From: Burkholderiales bacterium
Lineage (GTDB): Bacteria; Pseudomonadota; Gammaproteobacteria; Burkholderiales; Burkholderiaceae_C
Direction of reading: 5' to 3'
Length of the DNA: 64,000 bases
Assembly (NCBI GenBank): GCA_017302655.1
Contig: JAFLDE010000002.1
Location: 21,993-85,992, forward strand
Positions 48,767 through 57,337 of the stretch are shown here, in pieces; positions within the stretch are counted from its first letter, which is position 1; each line of letters opens with the position of its first letter. The position numbers and the translations under genes are program-made. The notes beneath the pieces are model-generated. The model worked only from the letters and a program-made list of their open reading frames with translations, was not told the origin of the DNA and ran no database searches.

Positions 48767-50173
48767 CTAGAACCACCAGGGTGCAGGATGACCGTTGCTG
48801 ACCAGGAATACCTGCTGTCGGTAAAAGCGCTGAATGCTCTGCGCGCCCATGCGGGTACCGCCAAGGCCGGACAGACCGAAGCTCTGCTTTGCGCCCTCAT
48901 GCACAAGCGCGGTGAGCGAGCAGTCGTTGATGGACACCGCGCCCGCCCGCAGGGCAGAGGCCACACGGCGGGCGCGTTCGACATCCGCACTGAAGACGGC
49001 GCCGCTGAGGCCGTACTCGCTGTCGTTGGCCAAATGCAAGGCCTCGGCTTCATCGGCGAACGCCTGCAGGGGAAGGATGGGACCGAAAGTCTCCTCGCGC
49101 ATGACACGCATGCTCGGCTTCACGTCCACCAGCACCGTCGGTTGGCACCAGATGCCGCCGCCGTGTTCAACGAGGCGCCCACCGCACAAGGCGCGGGCAC
49201 CCTGTGCAAAAGCGTCGTCAAGCTGCGCCTGAATCAGCCTTGCCTGAGCCGCTGCAATGACGGGACCGATGTGGCCCTCACGCGGGTCGGACGTGTTCAG
49301 GCCCAAAGCTGCTACCCGCTCGGTCAAGAGCTGGGCAAAGGCTTCAAAGACCGGCTGCTGCACGTAGCAGCGCTCCAGCGACATGCAGCTTTGCCCGGCA
49401 TTGACCATGCTGCCCCAAGCCAGCGATCGCGCGGTGCGTGGCAGGTCGGCGTCGGCAAAGACCAAGGCGGCGTCCTTGCCACCCAGTTCGAGCTGTGCCG
49501 GGATGAAGCGCCGCGCCGCCTGTTCGGCCACCTTGCGGCCGGTGGCCATGCTGCCGGTGAAGGCGATGGTGTCGACGCAGTCGATCAGGGCCTGACCGGT
49601 GGCGCCGGCACCGGTCACGAAGTCGATGGGCAGCTCGGACGTCAAGCCTGCCAAGCTGGCGCGCAGGGGTTCGACGAAGCGCGGCGTGATCTCGCTCGGC
49701 TTGACGAGCACCGCGCAGCCCGCCATCAAGGCCGGGATGGCGTCGATCAGGGAAAGCAGCAGCGGGAAGTTCCAAGGGCTGATGACGCCGACCAGCGGAT
49801 AGGGCTGCATGCCCTGCTCGATCGTGAGGAAGGGAATCGAGGCACGTTGCTGGCTCGGCGCCAGCAGGCCTGGCCCCTGGGAAGCCCAGCGCGCCAGGGA
49901 TGCGGCGCAGGCCTGGATCTCCAGCAAGCCTTCTTGCCAGCGGCCGGTGTCGGCCAGCAAGGCTTCGGCCAGAGCAGACTCCTGGCCCAGCAAGCGCTCG
50001 CGCCAGGCCAGCAGGGCCTCGGCTCGCTGTGGCGCCGTCCGCGCCGCCCACGCAGGCTGGCGTGCACGCAGTTGCGCGGCCACTGCAGCCACTTCTGTGG
50101 CGTCGTGCACAGGCATGAAGTGGTCCAGCCGGCCTGTGCGCGGATTGCGCGTGTTCGGCAGCGCCTCAGTCAC
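48767..50173 (-). CDS. NAD(P)+-dependent aldehyde dehydrogenase
   Basis: ISPWNFP, KPSEITP, FTGS, LELGGKD, GQSC, EETFGP. GTG start 50173 overlaps the upstream stop. Confidence 0.93.
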   Translation of the reverse strand: MTEALPNTRNPRTGRLDHFMPVHDATEVAAVAAQLRARQPAWAARTAPQRAEALLAWRERLLGQESALAEALLADTGRWQEGLLEIQACAASLARWASQGPGLLAPSQQRASIPFLTIEQGMQPYPLVGVISPWNFPLLLSLIDAIPALMAGCAVLVKPSEITPRFVEPLRASLAGLTSELPIDFVTGAGATGQALIDCVDTIAFTGSMATGRKVAEQAARRFIPAQLELGGKDAALVFADADLPRTARSLAWGSMVNAGQSCMSLERCYVQQPVFEAFAQLLTERVAALGLNTSDPREGHIGPVIAAAQARLIQAQLDDAFAQGARALCGGRLVEHGGGIWCQPTVLVDVKPSMRVMREETFGPILPLQAFADEAEALHLANDSEYGLSGAVFSADVERARRVASALRAGAVSINDCSLTALVHEGAKQSFGLSGLGGTRMGAQSIQRFYRQQVFLVSNGHPAPWWF

Positions 50174-51206
50174 GGCGAAGCACACCCCGCGTCAGCAGCT
50201 TCTCGATGCTGGCCCGCTGCTGCTCCAGGAAATGGGCGCGACCGGGAACCTGCAACTCACCATCCTTGAGCATGCTGTTCGGGCTGACCACGCTGTCCGC
50301 GTACTGCGCGGCGAACAACTCCAGGCGCTGGCGCGCCAGCAGATTGCCCATGCCCGGCTTGAGCCGCTGGCGGCGCAGGGCTGCGATGTCGATGACGGCG
50401 TGGGCGACCATGCTCTCACCATAGCCGGCCTCGGCCCGCACCTCGCCCAGGGGGTCGACGATCTTGCTCATGCCGTCCACGGACTCGCCGGGGATGTCCA
50501 CGTCGACGATGCCCGCCGAGTTGGCGCTCACCACCCAGCAACTGTTCTCGTAGGCACGCGCGCGCTTGGCCACATCCTTGGGGGTGAAGCGCGGGCTGGC
50601 CACTTCGGAACTGCTGTGCAGCAGCACCTCGGCACCGCGAAGCGCTAGGCCACGAGCAATCTCCGGGTAGAGGATTTCCTCGGACGCGACGCAGCCCAGG
50701 CGGCCGAGCGGCGTGTCAGCGACCGGGAAGACACCTTCGAGCCCGTACAGCTCCAGGTACCGGTCCCAGACATCGTGCGGCGTGGGCGCAAACAGCGAGA
50801 CCAGGCGGCGGTAGCGCAGCACGCAGGCGCCTTGGTCGTCCAGCACGAAGCTGGTCTGGAAGTAGAGACCGGGAAAGTGAGCGTCGGTCTCGTACACATT
50901 GCCACTGAGGTAGACACCCGCCTGCCTTGCGACCTGGCCGAGCAGCTCGTACTCGACCCCGTCGGGCGCCAACGCCGCCTTGCTCGCCCAAGCCGGCAAC
51001 GCGTCACCCAGCGGGTAGCCGCTCAGGAAGTACTCGGGCAGCACCACCAACTTCAGGTCGGGGCCGATGAAGGCCTTGGAGCCCAGCACCTGACGCCCCA
51101 CGCGTTCGATGTTGGCGCGCATGCGCTCCCGCGCCTCGGCGTCGCTGACACAACGGTTGACGGCGTGACACCGGGTTTGCAACGCGAGGGCGGTATAGGC
51201 GCTCAT
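50166..51206 (-). CDS. Nitrilase / carbon-nitrogen hydrolase fold protein with atypical triad
   Basis: VVLPEYFL; YFQTSFVLD; YRRL; GCVASEEILYPE.ARGLALRGAEVL; RARAYEN..WVVSAN. Confidence 0.82.
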   Translation of the reverse strand: MSAYTALALQTRCHAVNRCVSDAEARERMRANIERVGRQVLGSKAFIGPDLKLVVLPEYFLSGYPLGDALPAWASKAALAPDGVEYELLGQVARQAGVYLSGNVYETDAHFPGLYFQTSFVLDDQGACVLRYRRLVSLFAPTPHDVWDRYLELYGLEGVFPVADTPLGRLGCVASEEILYPEIARGLALRGAEVLLHSSSEVASPRFTPKDVAKRARAYENSCWVVSANSAGIVDVDIPGESVDGMSKIVDPLGEVRAEAGYGESMVAHAVIDIAALRRQRLKPGMGNLLARQRLELFAAQYADSVVSPNSMLKDGELQVPGRAHFLEQQRASIEKLLTRGVLRRD

Positions 51207-51209
51207 GGT

Positions 51210-51890
51210 TCAGAAGGGCTTGACGGCGCCAAAGTAGGCGACGGTGGCAATGGACACCCAGTACACATAAGCGATGTTGCGGCCGAAGCGGATGCTCTTG
51301 TCCAGCTTGGCCTCCACGTCGGCGTTGGGGCCCTGTGCCAGCAGGCGGAACATGGCCGTCCACTCCCGCATGATGAAGCGCAGCTTCAGGCCAATGATCA
51401 GCGTCCAGGCGTACACGAGCATCTTGGCCGCGTACCAACGCGTGCCCGGATCGGCCACCAGCGGGCCATGCCCCATCAAGGACGCGATGCTGACGAGGAA
51501 CAGCAGCGGGATCAGCACGAAGCGCACGCTCTCGTCGACCTTCGTCAGGCGAACGCCGGTGTCGGTCTCACGCTTGATGAAGGCGCCCCAGCACAGGCCC
51601 AGCCACAGCGCCGTGAGCACCCACATGCCAGTTAGCCAAGCGCCGCCCAGGGGCTGCAGATTCCACAAATGCCCCATGTGCAGGCCCAGGGGCAGCAGCA
51701 GGATGATGCCGGTGCGGGCCAGGATGTCGATGCGGTAGGCCGTCTCCATGTGGCGACGGCGCTCGTCCAGCGGCAGCTTGCGGTTGATGACGTTGTAGGA
51801 GGTCTGGAATACCCCCCACTCGCCACCCAACCAATAGACCATGCAGATGATGTGCAGCCAGCGCAGCACGGCGAGCTCGTTGAAGTCCAT
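51210..51890 (-). CDS. Uncharacterised multi-pass membrane protein
   Basis: About 6 hydrophobic helices (WLHIICMVYWLGG...), GAGAG RBS-like sequence, first gene after the leftward sigma54 promoter. Confidence 0.8.
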   Translation of the reverse strand: MDFNELAVLRWLHIICMVYWLGGEWGVFQTSYNVINRKLPLDERRRHMETAYRIDILARTGIILLLPLGLHMGHLWNLQPLGGAWLTGMWVLTALWLGLCWGAFIKRETDTGVRLTKVDESVRFVLIPLLFLVSIASLMGHGPLVADPGTRWYAAKMLVYAWTLIIGLKLRFIMREWTAMFRLLAQGPNADVEAKLDKSIRFGRNIAYVYWVSIATVAYFGAVKPF

Positions 51891-51922
51891 GTGGGCTCTC
51901 GATTCAGCGGATGCCGTGCGGC

Positions 51923-51938
51923 TGCAAGACCTGTGCCA
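51923..51938 (-). promoter_or_regulatory. Sigma54 -24/-12 promoter (leftward operon)
   Basis: Minus strand TGGCAC-AGGTC-TTGCA; GG-N10-GC spacing exact; 32 nt upstream of ATG 51890. Confidence 0.85.
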
Positions 51939-51957
51939 TTCGGTCGGCGGCCCTCGA

Positions 51958-52006
51958 TGTTTCAACATGGAACGCATCGGGCAGCATCTGAAACCGACTT
52001 GAAACA
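51958..52006. promoter_or_regulatory. Candidate enhancer (UAS) for a PrpR-like sigma54 activator
   Basis: Imperfect palindrome TGTTTCA-ACA-TGGAACG (51958-51974) plus TGAAAC (51989) and TGAAACA (52000) half-sites between the two sigma54 promoters. Confidence 0.5.
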
Positions 52007-52025
52007 CTCGGCGCAGCCCATCACT

Positions 52026-52041
52026 TGGCACGCCGATTGCA
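52026..52041 (+). promoter_or_regulatory. Sigma54 -24/-12 promoter (rightward operon)
   Basis: TGGCAC-GCCGA-TTGCA; GG-N10-GC exact; AGGAG RBS and ATG 52080 follow. Confidence 0.88.
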
Positions 52042-52079
52042 CCAAGCCCTGAGCTCACCAACGCTCAGGAGACTCAGGC

Positions 52080-52967
52080 ATGCGCCCCCATGTGGAATTG
52101 ATCGACGAGAAGGACCTCATCTGGCACGTGGCCGAGTTGCCACATGGCGTGGGCGCGGCACGCCAGCGCCATCTGAACTACTGTGAAGAGAAGGGTGAGG
52201 CCTCGCTGTCCGTCGAGTTCACCAGCGACTGGAGCCGCCCGGCGGGCTGCCATGCGGCCCAGACCGAGTGGTTCGTCCTCGAAGGCGAACTCACGCTGGG
52301 CGAGCAGGCCATGACCAAGGACGACTACTTCATGGCGCCGGCCGGTGTGCTCACGCCGGCGCTGCATGTGAAGGCAGGCACCCGCGTGCTGCTCTTCCGC
52401 GAGTTCGGCGACTGGGGCTTCACGCCCGCCAGTCAGAGCGAAAAGGAGGGCGAATTGGTGGTCATGCGCGCCAGCCAGATGGCTTGGTTCGACATCACCG
52501 ATCCGCACAACGGCAGCCCGATGGACTTCAGCCGCGGCGGCACCCCGGTGCCAGGCCTGAGCATCAAGCTGCTGTATCACAACAAGCAGACGGGCTTCTA
52601 CACCCGGCTGATTCGCGCCAAGGCCGACTGGGTGGAGCATCCGCTGGCCCACCACCCCTGCTATGAAGAGGCCTACTGCCTGGATGGCAGCTTTGAGTAC
52701 AACTACGGCTCGATGTGGCCGGGCACCTACTTCTTCCGGCCGGCCGGCGTGCGTCACGGCGACTTCAAGAGCGGGCCCACCGGCACCACCTGGCTGCTGC
52801 GATGCGACGGCCGCCTGGTGGACTGGTACACCGAAGGCGCCCGCGTGGAAATGCAGGGCAAGGCGCTCAACTGGGGCCCGGAGTACCCCGGCACCGAGCC
52901 GCCCGTGCTGCTGCAACCGACCCGTAGCCGCTCGATCGGTCCGATGAAAGACCCGGCCTACCAGTGA
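52080..52967 (+). CDS. Bicupin protein (DUF4437 / ChrR-like)
   Basis: Two cupin barrels; EWFVLEGEL in the first, HHPCYEEAYCLDG and YFFRPAGVRHG in the second. Confidence 0.75.
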   Translation: MRPHVELIDEKDLIWHVAELPHGVGAARQRHLNYCEEKGEASLSVEFTSDWSRPAGCHAAQTEWFVLEGELTLGEQAMTKDDYFMAPAGVLTPALHVKAGTRVLLFREFGDWGFTPASQSEKEGELVVMRASQMAWFDITDPHNGSPMDFSRGGTPVPGLSIKLLYHNKQTGFYTRLIRAKADWVEHPLAHHPCYEEAYCLDGSFEYNYGSMWPGTYFFRPAGVRHGDFKSGPTGTTWLLRCDGRLVDWYTEGARVEMQGKALNWGPEYPGTEPPVLLQPTRSRSIGPMKDPAYQ

Positions 52968-53734
52968 TGCAGCCCAGTCACCGCGATGCACTGGGCTGGC
53001 GCCGCGTCTTCGCGGTGTTCGGCCCCAGCACCAACACCATCGTCGAGCCGGAGTTCGCCGCCATGCGACCGGCCGGCGTCACCAACCAGTACCGCGACCT
53101 GTACATCGAGAACGCCAAGGCGCTCAGCGACGAAGCCTTCATGGCCGGTGCCGAGTTGATCGACGCCGCCGTGGAGCAAGCGCTGCGCACCGCGATGACG
53201 GCCGAGCCCGACTACTACGTGATGGGTGTGTCGGCCATCAGCTTCATCGGCGGCGCGCCCGCCTGCGAGCGCCTGCTGCAGCGCATTCGCGACCTCACCG
53301 GCAAGGACGTGAGCGTCGGCTCGATGAGCTGCGTGGAGGCCATGAAGGCCTACGGCAACATCCGGCGCATCGCCGTGCTCTCGCCCTATTACCCGGCGGC
53401 CAACGCGCATGTGAAGCACTTCTTCAGCGACCACGGCTTGAGCACCGTGCGCGACCTGCCGCTTCGCTGCACCAGCTGGACGAACATCAGCCGCGTCACC
53501 GAGCGGCAGATCGCCGACGCGCTCAAGCAGCTCGACGGCGACGACATCGACGCCATCGTGCAGGTGGGCACCAACCTGCAGATGGCCCGCATGGCGCCCT
53601 ACGCCGAAGCCTTCCTGGGCAAGCCGGTGATCGCCATCAACACCGCCACCTACTGGCACGCGCTGCGCCGCAATGGCATCCGCGACGCCGTCGACGGCTT
53701 CGGCTCCCTGCTGCAACACATGGACCTGGCCTGA
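52967..53734 (+). CDS. Asp/Glu racemase superfamily protein (maleate isomerase / arylmalonate decarboxylase-like)
   Basis: GPSTNTIVEPEF, IAVLSPY, AIVQVGTNL, GKPVIAINTATYWHALR; TGATG overlap. Confidence 0.85.
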   Translation: MQPSHRDALGWRRVFAVFGPSTNTIVEPEFAAMRPAGVTNQYRDLYIENAKALSDEAFMAGAELIDAAVEQALRTAMTAEPDYYVMGVSAISFIGGAPACERLLQRIRDLTGKDVSVGSMSCVEAMKAYGNIRRIAVLSPYYPAANAHVKHFFSDHGLSTVRDLPLRCTSWTNISRVTERQIADALKQLDGDDIDAIVQVGTNLQMARMAPYAEAFLGKPVIAINTATYWHALRRNGIRDAVDGFGSLLQHMDLA

Positions 53735-53743
53735 CATGAATCG

Positions 53744-53877
53744 GCCCCTCGCCCAAACTCGCCGCGCTGAACGCGGGCGAGTCCGGTCGGTCCCCCAAGG
53801 GGACGCGCCTGCACGCGGCATGGAGCCGCAAGCAGGCGCAGGCGGGCCGGCTTGGGGCGGCCCGGCGCTCGGCCCGC
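53744..53877 (+). repeat. Palindromic repeat copy C (intergenic, longest)
   Basis: GCCCCTCGCCC...TCGGTCCCCCAAGGGGACGC + extra hairpin + GCGGGCCG-GCTTGGGGCGGCCCGGCGCT-CGGCCCGC. Confidence 0.8.
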
Positions 53878-53931
53878 AACGCCCCGTTTTCATGCGTCGC
53901 GGGTGCCGCGAATCTGCAATGGACAACTGAC

Positions 53932-54591
53932 ATGGAACAGAGCAACAAGACGGCACGCGAGATCTGGAACGAGCTGAAAGCCAACCCGACGCGCGCGCGC
54001 TTCGGCTTTGGCCTGAAGGCCGCGCTGGTCAACATCGACTTCCAGTGTGCCTACACAAGGGTTGATGAATTCAAGACCGCGTACGAAACCGATCCGCAGC
54101 AGATCCAGTACGTGAACCAGCTCGCGACTGCCTTCCGCGCCAAGGGCTGGCCGGTGGTCTGGACGCATGTTGCATATGCCGACTCGGGGGAGGACTGCGG
54201 CGTCTGGGGCACGCGGACGAACACGCCGGACTCGCTGCAGAACATCAAGCATGGCTCTCGCCGAGCCCAGTTCGACGAGCGCTGCGACATCCGGCACGGC
54301 CTCGACATGGTCTATTGCAAGCGAATGCCCTCGGTGTTCTTCGAAACGCCCCTGCACTCGCTCTTGACCTTTCATCGGGTGGACACCGTGGTGCTGACCG
54401 GCGGGTCCACCAGCGGCTGCGTGCGCGCCAGCGCGGTGGACTCCCTTTCGCGCAGCTTCCGCACCATCGTTCCTGAGCAGTGCGTGGCCGACAAGCACGA
54501 GAGCTATCACTTCGCCAACCTGACCGACATGCAGCTGAAGTACGCCGACGTGCTTGACGTTCAGCAGGTGCTGGACTGGCTGAAGGCCTGA
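53932..54591 (+). CDS. Isochorismatase-family cysteine amidohydrolase (NicF / N-carbamoylsarcosine amidase-like)
   Basis: NIDFQ (Asp), KRMPSVFFET (Lys), GGSTSGCVRASAVD (Cys). Confidence 0.9.
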   Translation: MEQSNKTAREIWNELKANPTRARFGFGLKAALVNIDFQCAYTRVDEFKTAYETDPQQIQYVNQLATAFRAKGWPVVWTHVAYADSGEDCGVWGTRTNTPDSLQNIKHGSRRAQFDERCDIRHGLDMVYCKRMPSVFFETPLHSLLTFHRVDTVVLTGGSTSGCVRASAVDSLSRSFRTIVPEQCVADKHESYHFANLTDMQLKYADVLDVQQVLDWLKA

Positions 54592-54595
54592 GCCC

Positions 54596-55480
54596 ATGAA
54601 AGCCGATCCAGGCGTCTACGCGCATCGGCCGTATCGGGGCCGACCCAAGATCGAATGGCCGGGTGGGAAGCGCGTCGCCTTCTGGGTAGCGCCCAACATC
54701 GAGTTCTACGAACTGCAGCCGCCCGCCAACCCGCATCGCGCGGCCTGGCCGCATCCCTACCCGGCCGTGCCCGGCTACAGCATCCGGGACTGGGGCAACC
54801 GTGTCGGCCACCAGCGTCAGATGGCCCTGCTCGACAAGTACGGTATCCGAGGCTCGATCTCGTTGAGCGCTGCCCTGTGCGAGCACCACCCCGAGATCAT
54901 TGCCATGTGCAAGGAGCGGGACTGGGAGTTCTTCAGCCACGGCATCTACAACACGCGCTACGTGTACGGCATGAGCGAGGCCGAGGAGCGGGCGATGCTG
55001 CTGGACTCGATGGACACCATCGAGCGTGCTTGTGGTCGCCGCCCGGCCGGATACCTGGCGCCGGCGCTTTCGCACAGCGAGGTCACGCTCGACCTGTTCG
55101 CCGAACTAGGCGGGCTCTACACCTGCGACCTGTTCCACGACGACCAGCCGACGGCCGTGGACGTGCGCGGCGGGCAGCGCTTCTGCTCCGTGCCGTACTC
55201 GCTGGAATTGAACGACACGATTGCCTACGTGGTGAACAAGGTCGAGCCGCGTCGCTACGGCCAGATGATCTGTGACGCCTTCGACCAGCTGCGCCTGGAA
55301 GGCGGCACGGTGATGTGCATCCCCACGCACAACTACCAGGTGGCGAATCCGCATCGGCTGGCTGCCTTTGAGCGGGCGCTGGACTACATCACGTCGCATG
55401 ACGATGTTTGGGTCACGACGGGGCGTGAGATTGCTGAGTGGTACTTGGCTTCGTCTGCCGAAGCTGGAGAGTTGAAGTGA
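54596..55480 (+). CDS. Polysaccharide-deacetylase-fold hydrolase (PuuE allantoinase-like) 1
   Basis: WPGGKRVAFWVAPNIEFY, DWGNRVG, WEFFSHG, GYLAPA, DDQP, VPYSLELND, CDAFDQL. Confidence 0.88.
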   Translation: MKADPGVYAHRPYRGRPKIEWPGGKRVAFWVAPNIEFYELQPPANPHRAAWPHPYPAVPGYSIRDWGNRVGHQRQMALLDKYGIRGSISLSAALCEHHPEIIAMCKERDWEFFSHGIYNTRYVYGMSEAEERAMLLDSMDTIERACGRRPAGYLAPALSHSEVTLDLFAELGGLYTCDLFHDDQPTAVDVRGGQRFCSVPYSLELNDTIAYVVNKVEPRRYGQMICDAFDQLRLEGGTVMCIPTHNYQVANPHRLAAFERALDYITSHDDVWVTTGREIAEWYLASSAEAGELK

Positions 55481-55538
55481 GAGCCCTTGGGGCGCTTCGC
55501 CCCCAAATCCCCGCGGGCTCTTGCATAGGGAGCACTCC

Positions 55539-56435
55539 ATGAGCCAACCGCCCTACCCCATGCGCCGCTACGGCATGGACCACGAGCGCTACACGTGGTC
55601 CATGCTCCAGGACCGGCCGCCCATCCAATGGCCCGGCGGCAAGCCGCTGGCGGTCTGGATCAACGTTTCACTCCAGCACTTCCCGCTGAACCCGGCGGCC
55701 AAGGTCAAGCTGCCCGGCAGCATGACCATGCCGTATCCCGACCTGCGCCACTTCACGCTTCGCGACCACGGCAACCGGGTCGGCATCTGGCGATTGCTGT
55801 CGGAGCTGGACCAGGCCCAACTCCCCGCCAGCTTCGCCATGAACGCCGAGCTGGTGCTGCGCGCGCCCGAGCTGCTGGCCGAGATCCGCCAGCGCGGCGC
55901 CGAGCTCATCGGCCACAGCTGGAACATGGACACCCCGCATGCGGGCTCCCTGGACAACGAACGAGCGCTCATCCAGCGCAGCCTGGAGCATCTTGGCGGC
56001 GGCATCAGCACCTGGCTCAGCCCCGGCCGCCTGCAAACCGCGCACACCCCCGAGTTGCTCCGCGAACAGGGCATCACCGCCTGCGCCGACTGGGTGAACG
56101 ACGAACTGCCCTACCGCTTTCACACGCAGCAGGGCGATTTGTGGAACCTGCCCCTGCCCACCGAGACCGAGGATCGCTTCGTCATCCTCGACAACCTGCA
56201 CAGCGAAGCCAGCTGGGCCGAGCAGGTCATCGACGCCTTCGAGTTCCAGCTCGCCGAGGCCCGGGCCGCTCATGCCGGGCGGCTCTTCAGCCTCTCGCTG
56301 CATCCCTGGGTGACCGGCCAGGCGCACCGCGTCAAGCACCTGCGCCGCGTGCTCGCGCACATCGCCGCGGCGCGTGCTGATTGCTGGTTCTGCATGCCGC
56401 GCGATCTCGTCCAGCACATGGAATCCCTCGCGTGA
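55539..56435 (+). CDS. Polysaccharide-deacetylase-fold hydrolase (PuuE allantoinase-like) 2
   Basis: WPGGKPLAVWIN, RDHGNRVGIWRL, ELIGHSW, WLSPG, DWVNDELP, LSLHPWVTGQAHR; GGGAG RBS before ATG 55539. Confidence 0.88.
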   Translation: MSQPPYPMRRYGMDHERYTWSMLQDRPPIQWPGGKPLAVWINVSLQHFPLNPAAKVKLPGSMTMPYPDLRHFTLRDHGNRVGIWRLLSELDQAQLPASFAMNAELVLRAPELLAEIRQRGAELIGHSWNMDTPHAGSLDNERALIQRSLEHLGGGISTWLSPGRLQTAHTPELLREQGITACADWVNDELPYRFHTQQGDLWNLPLPTETEDRFVILDNLHSEASWAEQVIDAFEFQLAEARAAHAGRLFSLSLHPWVTGQAHRVKHLRRVLAHIAAARADCWFCMPRDLVQHMESLA

Positions 56436-57337
56436 TCCTCGTCTCCGAAGTCGGTCCGCGCGACGGACTGCAGTCCATTTCCACCGTGATGCCCACGGCG
56501 GCCAAGTTCGCGTGGATCGACGCCCTGGTTGCTGCAGGCGTTCGCGAGATCGAAGTCGGCTCCTTCGTGCCGGCCAAGCTCTTGCCGCAGCTGGCCGACA
56601 CCGCCGACGTGGTCGCGCATGCACGCCGGCATGCAGGCCTCACCGTGGCCGTGCTCGTGCCCAATGCGAAGGGCGCCGAGGCGGCGCTTGCTGCGGGTGC
56701 CCACAAGCTCACCCTGCCGCTGTCCTGCAGCGAGACGCATAGCCTGAAGAACCTGCGCAAGACCCACGCCCAGGTGCTGGACGAAGCACGTGCCATCGCC
56801 GCCCTGATCGCTGCGCAGCCCATCGGTCAACGCCCGCACTTCGAGGGCAGCCTGTCCACCGCCTTCGGTTGCACGCTGGAAGGCAGCGTGCCCGAAGCCC
56901 AGGTGCTGCGTTTGGGCGAGGCGCTGCTGAAAGCCGGCTGCGACGAGGTCGGCCTAGCCGACACCACCGGCTACGCCAACCCCACCCAGGTGCGCCGCCT
57001 GATCCGCCAGCTCTGGGACGCACTGGGGCAAGACAAGCTCACAGGCATCCACCTGCACAACACGCGTGGGCTGGGCCTGGCCAATGCCTTGGCCGCGCTG
57101 GACACGGGCCTGAGCACCTTCGACAGCAGCCAGGCCGGCCTGGGCGGCTGCCCCTTCGCGCCGGGCGCCAGCGGCAACATCGTCACCGAGGACCTGGTCT
57201 TCATGCTGCAGAGCATGGGCCTGGACACCGGCATCGACTTCGACCGCCTCATGCAGGCGCGCCAGGTGCTGGCGGCCGCGCTTCCCGGTGAGCCGCTCTA
57301 CGGCATGACCCCGCAGGCAGGACTTCCCAAGCCATGA
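56432..57337 (+). CDS. HMG-CoA lyase family (DRE-TIM) acyl-CoA lyase
   Basis: EVGPRDGLQ, IEVGSFV, LADTTG, HLHNTRGLG, GGCPFAPGASGNIVTED; GTGA overlap. Confidence 0.92.
   Translation: MILVSEVGPRDGLQSISTVMPTAAKFAWIDALVAAGVREIEVGSFVPAKLLPQLADTADVVAHARRHAGLTVAVLVPNAKGAEAALAAGAHKLTLPLSCSETHSLKNLRKTHAQVLDEARAIAALIAAQPIGQRPHFEGSLSTAFGCTLEGSVPEAQVLRLGEALLKAGCDEVGLADTTGYANPTQVRRLIRQLWDALGQDKLTGIHLHNTRGLGLANALAALDTGLSTFDSSQAGLGGCPFAPGASGNIVTEDLVFMLQSMGLDTGIDFDRLMQARQVLAAALPGEPLYGMTPQAGLPKP

Noticed and set aside
52967-53734. Indigoidine (igi) pigment cluster suggested by the AMDase-like gene
   Set aside because: No NRPS or phosphopantetheinyl transferase in the window.
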